A stretch of 63,870 nt of DNA, filler included, from Octopus bimaculoides (Eukaryota): NCBI RefSeq assembly GCF_001194135.2. It is 8 parts of 6 records of this genome, joined end to end, with 100 filler letters (N's around TTAATTAATTAA, not from the genome) between each part and the next. Parts side by side here need not be neighbours in the genome. Positions count along the whole stretch, not along the records: positions 26,809 to 43,869 come from NC_068986.1; positions 43,970 to 54,970 come from NC_068985.1; 6 more parts are not named here. One strand, written 5' to 3'. Below the pieces are notes generated by a model. That model did no database searches. It was not told the origin of the DNA and saw nothing but the letters and a program-made list of their open reading frames with translations. Position numbers and translations under genes: made by a program. Every line of letters starts with the position of its first letter. Position 1 is the stretch's first letter. Positions 35,560-49,656 of the stretch are shown here, piece by piece.

Positions 35560-36159
35560 TTTGTATACCTGCGTGTAACGATGCCGATATCAAGTGTGCG
35601 AATGTTTTGAGGCATACGTTGTTTTTTTTTTTTAATACAGTGTATGAAAATGGCACTATTAGAAATGTTGAGGTTATTATTATCATTATCATTATTATTG
35701 TTGTTGTTATTTTGTTTTTCTTTTCGGTCAGTTGTAAAATGAATATTTTCTGTATAATAAATTGTAAGAATGTTTGTGCGAGCATGCGTGCATGTGTTTG
35801 AATGTGTGACGAAAAGAGAGAGAACGGGGAGAAGAGAGAGAGAGAAAGAAAAGAAAGGAATAGCGTGTGTGTGTATATGTGTTTACGTGTGTTTATGTGT
35901 ATGCCTATGAGCAAGCTTGTGTGCCTGCTGGTGTGTCACAATGTGTGTGTGTGTGTGTGTGTGTGATTCTATTGCCGTGCATGTAAAATAACGGGCGAGA
36001 AAGAGAGAAAGAAAGAGAGAAAAGAGAGAGAGAGACAAAGAGATAAAAATAGTGAGAAAGAGAAAGATTAAGAGACATAAAGACTGTATCAAAAAGCCAG
36101 CGCATGCGTCAAAACATTCGCACCCTTGATATAAGCATCGTTGCACGCAGATATACAAA
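35560..36159. repeat. 60-bp inverted repeat pair (35560-35619 and 36099-36159), ~87% identical
   Basis: 8 mismatches in 60 by eye. Confidence 0.9.
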
Positions 36160-36924
36160 GAACCGCGCTCGCACACGCACACACACGCACACATATACCT
36201 ACACATACTCGCAAACACATATACACACACATACATTCACACACATGCACATAAACACCACACCACTGTGCAAACATCAGCTCATCCAACCCCTATAGAG
36301 AGAGAGCGAGGAAGATATAGAGACACAAGAGAGACGAGGGTGGGAGAGGAAATGAAAGCATGAAAAACAACAACATAAACAATATTTGAGAAATAGTGAC
36401 ATGTCCGTGTTTGTGTTGGTATCTGCGGTTGTGTTGTAAGATTAAAAATAAATAAAAAATAAGATGAACGTATGAGCTTATGATTGCTTGTTTGTGCGTA
36501 TGTCTATGTGTGTAGAAGTGTTGTTTGAATGTATATGTATGTTTATCTGCATATGTGTGCATATTTGTTTACTACACGGGGTTGGAGTAGTTTAGTTAAA
36601 CATATTAATATTCAATTGATCATCTAACAATTTTTACACGTCACCTATTGCTTTTACTTTCACTTTCGATGTTTTCCCGCCGTTTTTAATATTTGCTGTT
36701 CTTTTCTCTTCATCTTTCATTTATTCTGCACGTTTAAATTCTCCTTCTAAAGATTATTTTTGAAAAAATAAATAATAAACAATTTAATTTCTTTTTTTAT
36801 TTGTTGTATGTTTTTGGATGTTATTTTCATGATATTTATTATTGTTATTGTTGTTAATAAAAAAAAATTAAATGGTATAATTTCTTTTATTATCTCTGTT
36901 TGTGTTTGATTCTGGTCATACCAA

Positions 36925-36976
36925 CATCCCTATTATCATCGTCCTCACCGTTGTTGTGATCACTGTCGTTGTCATC

Positions 36977-37016
<40 letters not shown>

Positions 37017-37098
37017 TCATCATCCTCATCATTATCATCATTATCATCATCATCATTTTCATCTACGTCGTCATCGTCGTCGACATAATCACCACCAC

Positions 37099-37172
<74 letters not shown>

Positions 37173-37215
37173 TGACCAGCATAATAAACATCATCATTGT
37201 TATCATCACTCCGAA
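36925..37215. repeat. Compound (TCA/TCG)n trinucleotide repeat
   Basis: Read directly; gives a spurious poly-Asp ORF on the minus strand. Confidence 0.95.
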
Positions 37216-37364
37216 ACTTATTTTGTTTAGATGTCAATGTAATCTTTTATTTATTTATTTATTTATTTATTTGTTTATGTTTGTGTAATTCTTGTAAGAT
37301 TTCTTCCCCTTTCGTAACTGTGATGTGTTGTTTGCTGTATGTGTATTCTGAAGAGTTCTACATT

Positions 37365-37414
<50 letters not shown>

Positions 37415-37448
37415 ATATTAATGTTGCTGCTACTACAACTAATACTAC

Positions 37449-37543
<95 letters not shown>
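37365..37543. repeat. Compound (TAC)n-(TAT)n-(TAG)n microsatellite
   Basis: (TAC)n 37365-37414, (TAT)n ~37451-37487, (TAG)n 37488-37543. Confidence 0.95.
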
Positions 37544-39075
37544 AATGTTGTTTTTGTTACTGTTGTTGTGTGCTGTTTCTTGTTGTTGTCATTTTCTTAA
37601 TTTAGTTCGTATTCAAATTTCACTGCACATTTCTTCGCAATGTTTTCAATGTTAAACAGAAATGTTAAACGTTAACAGCAAACAACAAACAACAAAAATA
37701 TGAATATAAATATAAATAGAAAAATAAATAAACAAAACCTGAAAGAAATCCTTAAACAAAGTGAAAGTGAAACTTACCCCAGCGGAAAACCGATTCACAA
37801 ATACCGTGACAAGTGCAACAGCGACACTGTTTAATTTTGCCATTTTAATATTCTAGTAAATAATATGTAATATAATATAAATATATATAATAATATAAAC
37901 AGTCATACGTATGTAGGTGTGAGAGTACATGTCTGCGTATATATATANNNNNNNNNNNNNNNNNNNNNNNNNNNNNNNNNNNNNNNNNNNNNNNNNNNNN
38001 NNNNNNNNNNNNNNNNNNNNNNNNNNNNNNNNNNNNNNNNNNNNNNNNNNNNNNNNNNNNNNNNNNNNNNNNNNNNNNNNNNNNNNNNNNNNNNNNNNNN
38101 NNNNNNNNNNNNNNNNNNNNNNNNNNNNNNNNNNNNNNNNNNNNNNNNNNNNNNNNNNNNNNNNNNNNNNNNNNNNNNNNNNNNNNNNNNNNNNNNNNNN
38201 NNNNNNNNNNNNNNNNNNNNNNNNNNNNNNNNNNNNNNNNNNNNNNNNNNNNNNNNNNNNNNNNNNNNNNNNNNNNNNNNNNNNNNNNNNNNNNNNNNNN
38301 NNNNNNNNNNNNNNNNNNNNNNNNNNNNNNNNNNNNNNNNNNNNNNNNNNNNNNNNNNNNNNNNNNNNNNNNNNNNNNNNNNNNNNNNNNNNNNNNNNNN
38401 NNNNNNNNNNNNNNNNNNNNNNNNNNNNNNNNNNNNNNNNNNNNNNNNNNTATATATATATATATATGCGTATATCAAGTATGTTTATGTTTAAGTGTGT
38501 GGGGGTATATGTTGTACAGTGATAGATGCGAACAAAAAAACAACAAACACATTTTAGCCAGCATGTTAAAAATGAAAAGTTCTCATATATTTAAATATCA
38601 GTACACGCTTAACTGATCAACATCTCTGATACACACACACCACAACCACATATGCATGCATGCACATACGCACACAAAGAAATATACGTAGAAATACTCC
38701 TACGTGTGCACATATGTGCAGATAAGCACACATACATATGTATATCACAATATTTTATAATAATATATATGAATGTGTTTGTATACATATATGTCGAGAA
38801 ACGGAGTAAGAGTTAAATAGTTAGAAAGGTACGTCTCTAGAAGTGTTGAAAAAGATAATTTGGCGTAAATGTTTATACACCTGTGTGTGAGTCTGTCTGT
38901 GTATGCGTGTGTTTGTGCGTGCGTTTGAGCATGCATGTGCGTGAGTGTGTGCGCATGTGTGTATGTGTGCGCGTGTGTATGGTTTGAGCACTGGTACTGT
39001 ATGGAACTCTGAGTCCTTGAGCCTTTCTCTAACCTCTGCCTATTAAATAATATATATATTTACACAAACGCATAC

Positions 39076-39114
<39 letters not shown>

Positions 39115-39204
39115 ACACATATATGTATGCAGAGAGCGAGAGAGGGAAAGAGAGAGAAAGGGTGAGAGAGACAGATACAGAGAATCATACTGACAGACGG
39201 ACAG

Positions 39205-39244
<40 letters not shown>

Positions 39245-39491
39245 CAGTGTTTTCTGAAGTTGTGGAAATAATTTACAGCCTGTTACTCAGAGTTTTAGGT
39301 ATTAGATCATTAAACTAATGAGTATTGTAAAATATGTCTGTTGATTGGTGACGTGAAACTCTGAATAACACTGTATGAAATCTATTGAGCTTTCATAAAA
39401 CACTATTTACCTCTACCTTTGTCTTCTTGAGTGTTAACTTTTCACATTGTCTTGCGCCTATGTACTCGCATATATATATATATTTATACAA

Positions 39492-39544
<53 letters not shown>

Positions 39545-39651
39545 GCTGAATAAAGAATTATCCAAAATTCTTGTTGCCTCCTTTTCTCAATATACAATCT
39601 CTGCATATCACGTACATCACTTCAATATATAATATCTGTACATCACTTCTT

Positions 39652-39692
<41 letters not shown>

Positions 39693-39716
39693 ATATCTAT
39701 CTATCTATCTATCTAT

Positions 39717-39788
<72 letters not shown>

Positions 39789-40299
39789 ATATATATGTTA
39801 TATATATCCAAATAATAAGAAGATAAAGAAAATTTTTTAACACATCTTTAATGATTCAATTCAATTGTCTCATCATAACTTTGATGCAAGTCTAATGACG
39901 TGCCTCTCAAATGTCTAAAACCGCAAACATTACGTAAATTTTTACTTGGAAGATTTACCTGGAAGGCTCCGAGTCTGGCGTAGTATAAATAATTACACAA
40001 ATCGGCTGATGTGCATTACAGCTGTTTCAGGGGGTTTTTTTTATCGATGAACAAATCAGTTGCTTTATGTAAAAAAAAAAAACCGTTTTCTTCAGGTGAA
40101 TTAAGATTAAAATTTAATATTTAGGATTTTTCATACAAATAGTATAATTTCGGTTCCAGTTGAGAGAATGAATAGGGAATGCCACCACGATATTAAATAT
40201 GCATAGTAATAAATCAATTGATACCTTAAAGGGATGGAAAGAGAAGAAGAAAAGAAAGATAGGGAGCGAAAAGGTGAAAAAGAAAAATGAAAACCCTCA

Positions 40300-41050
40300 T
40301 CCCACTTCTAGGAGATCAGAGATTTTCTGTAGGGAACCGACTCGGCCTATAGTCAAAAGGACAAGATGGCTCACCAACCACCTCTATGACATCAAGACAG
40401 GCAAAAGAAGAAATTATTATAAAATGTAAGATAAAATAAACGCATATACAAGTCCAGGTTGTGTGTTCATTCGTATTGTTTACAAGAGACCAAAAAGCTC
40501 TGCGTGGTAGTAGTATCCACAGTAGTAGTGGTAGCAAAGACAGAAACAGAGAGACACGGTGGTGGGAGATCAGTGAGCGATTCAATACCAAGAAGTCTTT
40601 CTTCCGTTTGTGTCACCTTAGATGTGGGAGCAGTGTTCAACTGTTTCTTCACCTGAGCTCGGTAGAAACTTACTAGTTGACTGAAATGAAAGGGATTCTA
40701 AGACCTTAAAGAGGAAGGCAATTACTAGGACATGCAGTCTTTACAAATTTGAGTAACTGCATTTGTTTGGAGTAAACGTCACTGTTGGTGAACACACTTA
40801 GTTATTATAGATCTTAGTGTTGTTTTACAAGCCTATGACGATGAAATTCTATTTGTGTGTCGTAGTTGCATTGTTTGTAGTGCCAACGTACACCCCCATC
40901 GGCATAGTTTCACTGGTTGGAGTTTTCTAGGTTTGTGATGTCGCCATTACAGATTTTGCGTGAGATATCAGTATTAGCTATGGATAACGTTTGGGCACAG
41001 AAGACTAGAGAACAATCAAGAGTGGTATCATCTGCTTAGGAATACGCAAA
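40300..41050 (-). pseudogene. Decayed LINE RT C-terminal relic (Jockey/CR1/L2-like group)
   Basis: YS*ADDTTL (YADD box with a TAA in place of Y) at 41018-41045. Downstream frameshifted QLVSFYRAQVK + EHCSHI*G and SLCFCLCYHYYCG match the post-RT LYKAQVRP.LEYCSHIWG and SL..FYRYY.G motifs. Confidence 0.7.
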
Positions 41051-41295
41051 GTTTGGATGTGACAGCAAGCAGATTGTTGATGCATAAGTTATATTATGTA
41101 ACAATTTACAGTGCTTATGAATAAATTAATTAATTGCTCTATGCCGGAAGGATTATATGTAACCAGAAACACTGATAATAGGAATTTTCTCCGATTAGTA
41201 CAACACACAACCAACCATACACTTGCACAGGCAGACTCGCACTCGCATACATAAATACATATAAATGTATACAAATATCTTTATGCATATATATG

Positions 41296-41363
<68 letters not shown>

Positions 41364-41424
41364 TGTATGTGTGTGTGTTACTCTATATATACACACATAC
41401 ATATCTTTATACGCACATCAATAT

Positions 41425-41481
<57 letters not shown>

Positions 41482-42110
41482 CGCATATATATATATATAT
41501 ATATACACATATATATATATACATATATATATATACATACGCATATATACACACACATATATATGTATATATATATATATATATGTGTGTGTGCGTGTGT
41601 GTGTGAGTGTGCGTATGTATGTATGTAAGTATGAATGTATGTATATGTGTATGTTTGTATATCAAAAATATGTTCTCTCGTGGTGGAGATGATACATGCC
41701 AATTTATCCAACAGATAAATTACATTGTACACTAATTTTCATGATTCCCAATTAAGCTTCAGTAATAACTATTTGGTTGTGAGACATGCATAAATTTGCT
41801 TCAGAGCTATTAATTAATTTATTCATAAGCATTGTAGCATGTTACATAAATTACCTCGGAGATTAATTGCTAAATCTAACCACTAAATATATAATTCTGG
41901 GTATGGCTTCTTCACTGAAATATAAACAGTATCGCTGATGGTACATGCTTGTTCCTAACATCACTGAAGTTTAATAAGATGCAGCTTGATAAAAATCGCA
42001 CAAGAGATTCTGAATAGCGCCATTATTGGAAATCTCTCTCTCTCCCTCTGTTTATGTGTGTTTGCGTGTCTGTCACTCTTTCTCCCTCTCTCTGGTTGTC
42101 TTTCCCCTAC

Positions 42111-42181
<71 letters not shown>

Positions 42182-42200
42182 TGTGTGCGTGTATGTGTAC

Positions 42201-42363
42201 ATACGACAAACATCTTTCGGTATCCGTCTTCCACATCCACTCAGAAGGTTTTGGTCGGCCCGAGGCTAGACTGTTGTAGAAGGCACTCAATGTGTCATTC
42301 AGTAGAACTGAACCCGTAGCCATGTGATAGGGAAGCAAGTTTCTTGCCACACAACGACGCCTA
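42201..42363 (-). mobile_element. SINE type B/C, 5' half, diverged
   Basis: Reverse complement of the type B head; (TG)n(TA)n array on its 3' side. Confidence 0.75.
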
Positions 42364-42385
42364 CACTTATATATATATATGTATG

Positions 42386-42425
<40 letters not shown>

Positions 42426-43389
42426 CATGTGTATATGCGCCTTTGTGTGTACGCGCGTGTATACATATATATATTCAATATATATATTAGCTAAATAGCT
42501 CGTCGATACCAGCAAATTTTTACAATAGTATGTCTTATATAAATTTCTTTTTATTCCATGTCAGACCATGCTTTCGCCGACAGGTAGACCTCTTGATTAG
42601 AATAGATTTGTGCAATTTTTCGCCAAAAATCTTTGTTGAGGATCTTTTTCCTTTTTAAATTATTTACATGTCTGTTCAGCCGTTTCACATTATTTTATTC
42701 ATTAAAACTCAATAAAACATCAGAAGTTCTTCCAACTTTAGTCGTCGTAATGCATTGCTTTTGTTTGTTTAATAAAATTCCTCCTAATGAGTTTGCTCAA
42801 GATATATGCATGTATGCACGAACGTCGGTGTATTTAGGATTGCTGTTAGAGGATTGTCGTTAAGAAGGATGGAATATATCGATTCTGCAACTATTGCCTA
42901 AAACGTCTTGCCTTTATCGTGTCTCGAGTGTTGATGTACAATACAGCAAAATACGATAGTGTATAGGTGTGTATGCAGTACTGTTTCATGATAGTAAGAT
43001 CTACAAAAAAAAAAAATCCATCTGATGAGAGATAAATATTATCTACTATTAGTTTCATATGTTGAAAACATTCCAAACATTGTTTCATAACACACCTGAC
43101 ATCTCGGCACAGTCATCAAGCACTGCCCACATGGTAAAACAAACTAAAAATGGAGCGAGAGAATAAACATGAAAAGATGAGTATGAAGTATATAGAAAAA
43201 GAGGAAGGTTGAAAAACCGGAAAACGTAATAACAATCAGAAGCAGCAAAAGGGGGAAAGAGTTATCTCCCTTAGATGGTAAATTATAAGGCTGATAAAAT
43301 AGTGGGATAGAGTTTATCAGAGAGAGGAGGAACTTCCCAATTCTTCAACAGGAACTTAGGTATATGCTTACGACCACTGAAAATTTCGA

Positions 43390-43860
43390 ATCTAGAGTTC
43401 AGCAGTGAGTTAGAGATCTTAGATCTAAAAACAGTCAGCTAAGCATAGATTACATTTTTTGATCCGTAAACGTGGTGTGAATTTTTCTATTATTTTCTAC
43501 TTTATCGTATATGGTGTTGCGTTCCATTTAAAGCGTTGCTATCCACGTTAGCTAGCCAACTAAGTAGCTTTGTTATGGTTTCTATGTCGGATGGAAGCTA
43601 CGTGATTAGTATAGCAATTCTTAAATTCTCCTTCACATTGTTCGATATAGCTCTTTTTACAGGTGTGTCATTATCTAGTGCTGCCGTAACTTCTGCTTCA
43701 TATATGACGAGTTTAATGACACATCGTCAGTCAAGTGAAAAGATTCCCGGATCTCGACAAACGCAACTGGATTGGGACTTTTGGAGTATCTCATGTAATG
43801 ATAGTCTTCATATTAGGGCAGCAGCTATAATATTTTCACAGATTGCCTGTTAAATATTTC
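43390..43860 (-). pseudogene. Penelope-like GIY-YIG endonuclease relic
   Basis: VIYEAEV (43688-43711), YIEQCEGEFKNCYTNHVASIRH, PYTIK*KIIEK and KKCNLCL (43440-43457) occur in the order expected for PLE GIY-YIG domains. Confidence 0.7.
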
Positions 43861-44300
43861 CTATATATANNNNNNNNNNNNNNNNNNNNNNNNNNNNNNN
43901 NNNNNNNNNNNNNTTAATTAATTAANNNNNNNNNNNNNNNNNNNNNNNNNNNNNNNNNNNNNNNNNNNNATGTATATATATATATATATTATATTTAGGG
44001 CATTACTACACGTAAATGCATCATGCTAATGAGGGACTCTTAAAGTCAAAACTACCATAATAAATATACAGTGTACCGACAGCGAGGGAATGCAACTTGG
44101 AAGCGAACCCTTAAAAAGAGATTCAGCCGCAAATCATATTTAAAGGGAATAATTATAAATTTTGCCCTTATAAGGGTTTTCTTATAAAGATTGTATCCTA
44201 TATTTAAATTATATATATATATATATCTATATATATATATATAGGCATACAAACATACATACACATGCATATCCATATTCATATATGCACTGACATACAA

Positions 44301-44331
<31 letters not shown>

Positions 44332-46359
44332 TGTGTGTGTGTGGGGGGGGGTGCGTGTGTTTATTTGAGTCTTTATATGAACTTTGTGTATATTTATGTC
44401 TTTACACAATGCATTTAGAAATATATAAATAATTTGTGTATTTATGTGTCTAAGATATTCAAAATATCCCTTTCTTCATTTCTTCTCTACTCTCTCTGTG
44501 TCTCTCTGTGTGTCTCCCTCTGTCCCTTTTTCTTTAGAGGACGAAAGAATTAGGATGCGGCAGAAAGGAAAAAAAATATATATGTGTAGTCTCGTTTGGT
44601 GGTGCTGCATTTTTGGTGGTAGACGGAGAACGAGTGAGATAGACAGATGAAGAAAATGAGAGAGAGATTAATGGAAAACAGAGAGGGTGAACTATAAGGG
44701 GGGAACATCATAATGAGTGGAAAATTCAAACAATATTTAGATGGATGTAGGGGAAAGTAGAAATGACTGTTATGTGGGAGAAGACTGCTTAAAAAATAAA
44801 AAAAAGATGAGCAAGGAAAGATACACAAGTAACGGACATTGATTTTAGCATTTAGATTTCAATTAAGATGGCGGTGGCTATGTGACCATTCCGGTTTTGA
44901 CCCGCAAACTGATCTGACCAAGGAAGCGAAAGCTCGTGACACTCCCTCAGTAAATAATAAGCAAGTACATAAATAGACGTTATGATAAAACAACAACAAT
45001 AACAATAATAATAATGATACTCATCCGAACCACCATCACTAACGATTACAACAATAATAACATGAATAACATTAGAAACAGTGATACCAATAATATGAAC
45101 AACGAAATATATATGCGCGCGCACACACACACACAAGCACACATAGACGTACATGCATGTATGTATGACAAGAAAAAACGAGACAAGAAGGAAAGCAAGA
45201 AAACAAGTCAATAAAGCTTATATTTTCCCCATCAATCCTATTTCTATTGTGATTATGCTGTGGTGATAACGTCAAAGCAATTAAACATTGAGACAGCGAG
45301 AGCGAGAGAGAGAGAGAGAGAGAGAAAAGGTGAAAGAGAAACTGCGAAAAAGAGACCGAAGATGTGAGAAACGTCAGATTATAGAGGGAATGAATGAGAG
45401 GGGGGGGGGAAGTGAAAAGATAAGTTTTGAATGAGAGCGATGTGAGAGACAGAGAAACAAAGAAGGTGATTGGGCAAGTAGAAGGGAAAAGGACAAGAGT
45501 AAAAGAGGATGAAATATAGCTCGTTGGAGAGAAGGAAAACATTGCGAAGGAAGATGCATATATTTTTTATTATATACATTCAAACATACACATGCTCTCA
45601 TACTTGTATATAAAGAAATACACACACACACACACATACATGCATGCATACATACGTACGTACGTATGTATGTATGAATATATTTATATCATTGCAAATA
45701 TGTGTGTGTATACAAGTACATTTGCATGTATGCATATATACTTACATCTGCACACAAAAACACACACACACACACACATATATATGACACACACTTATGT
45801 ACACATTGGTAGATATATATATATAGAGAGAGAGACAACAGGAAAGAAAGATATTTAAAATTCAGTGGACGTTAATATAGAAGATGTAAATAAGAGAAAA
45901 AATGGATATATGGGAGAAAGTGTGAGAGACGGATATGGGGAGAGAGAGAGGGAGAGGAGGAGAGAGGGAGAGGAGGAGGAGAGAGAGGATGGGAGACAAC
46001 GAAGGATAAAAGTATTTCAAATGAAGAATGATGAAAATACTTTTTGAATGATTAATAGGATGAAACCAACTGAAAAAACGAGGCAGACTGTGTGCGTGTC
46101 GGTAAATACAGACATACACGCGCGCGCGCGCGAGCACATAATAACAAGGCGGCTATAAGCAATATAACCCCCCCACAAAAAAGTAACAAATTCAATTGTC
46201 ACTAATTGCGACGGACGGTGAAGGGTAGCACCAACATTACTCGAAATAAGGGGTAAAAACGTTCTTAGCCGCAAAGAAGCACAAGTCAATGTGCTGACAG
46301 GGGAGCTAACCGTTTGATTCAACTCCATGCGACTTAAAGTTTCGCAGGATTTTGTTTTT

Positions 46360-46600
46360 TTTAAATAAAAATCTCTGGAGACTTCGCCACCTCCGGAATG
46401 AAACCCCGTCATCGAATGGACAAACATCAGCAGGGCCCCACATTACTCATCCGGTGCCCGCAATTGCCAATTCTGTCGCCGCGAAAGACTTTAAATTCTC
46501 CCACACCCTGCAGTATCTGTGAACAAGAAATAAGGACTATCTTATTGCTGCCATCAGAGGTACGTCCCACAAGTGAACTTCAAACCGAACCATTGACCAC
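46360..46600 (+). pseudogene. C-terminal fragment of a Penelope-like GIY-YIG endonuclease
   Basis: NPVIEWTNISRAPHYSSGARNCQFCRRERL*ILPHPAVSVNKK*GLSYCCHQR matches the I.W.I..RA..YS.G...C.LC..E...I.....LNKRSE....CRH pattern. Confidence 0.6.
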
Positions 46601-46794
46601 CGACAGCCCCGATATACTATATTAACATTGGCTGCACCTCAACACTGGCTACCCCACAACCAAGGTCACTGTTGTTCTTAACCGCCAATACTTACGCTCG
46701 CCACAGGTTGACCTTCCAACCTTAAGCGTCTCTTGTAAACCTCTACGTTTGATATTCTCTTCCATGTCTTGGGTCCTTGTGGCCAATAAAAGAA

Positions 46795-46847
<53 letters not shown>

Positions 46848-46849
<2 letters not shown>

Positions 46850-46980
46850 CGCCGAGGTCGACTTTGCCATTCATCCTTTCGGGGTCGATAAATTAAGTAC
46901 CAGTTACGCTCCGGAGAGTCGATGTAATCGGCTGGTCCCCTCCGTCAAAATTTCAGGCCTTGTGCCTATAGTAGAAAGGA
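46848..46980 (+). mobile_element. 5'-truncated SINE type A preceded by (TTA)n (46796-46847)
   Basis: TTCCGCCGAGGTCGACTTTGCC..TTTCGGGGTCGATAAATTAAGTACCAG core. Confidence 0.82.
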
Positions 46981-48164
46981 TCATCTTCATCATCATCATC
47001 ATCATCATCGTCATCATCATCATCATCATCATCATTATTTAAAACAGTTTGATTCCGTCCCATGCAACTTAAATTTTTTTGTAAAAATTCTTAGAAAATA
47101 TAGAGCACTTTGGGTAATCAATAATCTGGGATATCTTTGATCATAGGTCATCTGAGTAGGAATGATTTTTGTCCAAAAATCTATATAAGAATTCTATATG
47201 TATCCTTCTTCACAGACATCTACTCCGATATCTCTACAGATAAATAACCATTTTTTAAATAGTTTTGATGAGGTTTCGAGTGTGAAAACCTACTTAAATT
47301 CAAGGCTTACTCATAGAACATCCTGTAATTCCCTTCTCCGCCTGCTCTTCCTACTCACTTTCCCCCTTTTCCTCTCCTACTTCTCATCATCATTATAATC
47401 ACCTACATACTCAACATCATTGTCATCATCGTCGTCGTTGTCGTTGTCATCATCATCATCATCATCATCATCAATCTTTTTTTTATTGTATATTAATTTT
47501 GTTTTGTTTCCATTTGTTTAGCAAAGTGTCGTTTAAAGTTGACAAGCAAACAAGGAATTTCTCTTTGTTCTGTGTTGCGTGAAGCTAAATGTTTTTTTCG
47601 GTTTAGCCGAGAGTCACCACTTGTGATATTACATCATTTTTACTCAACGGGAGTAGAAGCATCTAGATGTCTTTTACAAACATTTTCGCTCCATGAAATT
47701 GGGCAATATATTTGTAAGGCGTTTCGTTGGATTATTATACATGCTGCACATTCATACAACTATTACTAAAGCCACAGCGGGTAAACGCATGTGCATATGT
47801 GTACGTGCTCTTTCTGTTTGATTTTAAACATTTCTCACCAATAGATAAAAGAAAAACGCTGCTTTCTAACCCAGAAACGTCTCATCTTCACTGGAATTTA
47901 GACAGTATCAACAAGGTATGTATGTATATATGTATGTCATTATTCGGTTTTCTTTCAAGATTACTTGCCAACAAAGAAAGAGCCGGTTTCTAACCTAGAT
48001 CCAAGGCACCTTCGTTGGAATTTCAACAACATTAACATTGCAAGTATGTGAGTATATGCGCAGTATTTGGAGTCAGTGCATGTGTAGATTTGTATAGTTT
48101 GTTTTATGTATGTATCACCATGCATGTATAGACATACGCATATATACTTAAATGATAAACTTCT

Positions 48165-48318
48165 GGAAAGTTTTTCAAATTTTTACAGTTCCAGTGATGC
48201 CTTGGATTTGTAGTCTTCGGATCAATTTTCTCCTCCTTGGTTTTGAGAAACTTAATTTCTCAAAATCAGAATTTAGAAAGTGCGTTAAACATCTCAATGC
48301 CCCAATGATTACTGGTAA
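48165..48318 (-). pseudogene. C-terminal fragment of an RLE-type (R4/Dong-like) retrotransposon ORF
   Basis: PVIIGALRCL..RRLQIQGITGTVKI*KTF resembles the conserved P.IIGALG..Q.....GT..I.K end of RLE ORFs. Confidence 0.6.
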
Positions 48319-49079
48319 ATAAGTATGTATGTATGTACGTATGTATGTATGCATGTATGCATGTATGCATTTATTTATATAAGTTTGTATGCATGTATGC
48401 ATTTATTTGTTTAAATTTGTATGCATGTAAGCCTGTTATCACTGCATGTATGTATCTGCGTCCTTTAATTTGTCTTTGTCAGTATCTACACATGTTTATA
48501 TGCCTGTACGTAAGTATAGATGTACTTATTAAACATTATATTCTGGGAAGCTTTTCATTAATGGTTTGTAGTAATACTTCGTACCATAGGCACTAAGTCT
48601 GAAATTTATGGAGAAGAAACGTATCAATTAATCGATTGCTTATTTTATCGCTCTCAAAAAGATGAAGGCAAAGTCGACCTCGGCGGAATTTGAACTCAGA
48701 ACATAAACCGGAAGAAACGTCGAGTTAATGATTTGTAATAATAACTTCTAAATTCTGGTTCTCGTGAAATCCTGCTTTTTAATTTGGTGCTGAGGCAGTT
48801 AGTTCTAAAGCGACCTCAATTAAAGGTATCAATCTACAGTTATAGTCCGTGTGTATATTTTTTATCATTAGAATTCCATTCTGTCAAGTTTGCTAAATTG
48901 ATTTCTGCTACTCTACTCTTTATTTTCTCTGTCTTAAAGCAGTATTTCTGTTCTGCATTGATGTTTACCTTCCCGTGAAATAATTTCAAAGCCTTCAGAT
49001 TTTCTGAACAAAAATAATAAAAGACTCACGGCAATTTTAAAAGCATTACAGAGAAACATACGATACATTATGATATCTA

Positions 49080-49270
49080 TTTCAAGTTTTAGCACAAGGC
49101 CGGTAGTTTCAGGGAAGGAGTAAGTCGATTAAATTGACCTCAGGGTTCAACTGGTGCTCAATTTATCGACTTCGAAAGGATGAAAAGCAAAGTCAATTCC
49201 GACGGTATTTGAAAGACGGACGAAATGCGTTTCGGCCGGTGTACTAACGAATCTGTCAGCTCGCCGCCTT
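49080..49270 (-). mobile_element. SINE type A, short tail
   Basis: Reverse-complement match ending CAGCTCGCCGCCTT. Confidence 0.82.
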
Positions 49271-49656
49271 ACGATACATTATCATAATAACGAAAATGTA
49301 ATTTTTTGTACTTCACAATGGTGGCTATTATCAGACGCCAGGTTGTCTATAGCTTTGGCTGTCTTTTAAATTCTAGCAGGTTGAAGAGCCCGTCGCGGCC
49401 ACGAATGTGGGAACACAATCAAATGTTTTCATGCAATCCAGGCAGACTGCAACCTAATTCCTGTAATCTTGTTGCCTGTCTAACATCACAGTTTTGTTGA
49501 TTAGAGATTGCTAATCATGTCCTCAAACATCTTTCTTCTTAGCTTCTGATTCAGCTGTGATAATACTGTTGCTACCATAGTGATCCAGGAAGAAAAAAAT
49601 AGGGTTAGACACGTTGACTACATTTTAAATGTAATATACTGTCAAGCAATTAATAA

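Noticed and set aside
40467-40679. Apparent host terminal exon QLVSFYRAQVKKQLN.. with a good acceptor
   Set aside because: Neighbouring frames give EHCSHI*G and YHYYCG, and a YADD-box relic lies upstream, so it is a decayed LINE.
43018-43075. CTGATGA followed by an AGATA/TATCT hairpin
   Set aside because: No GAAA immediately after the stem.
46398-46625. 75-aa ORF with a strong GAG|GTACGT donor
   Set aside because: An alternative frame matches the PLE GIY-YIG C-terminus, which explains the GC-rich island.
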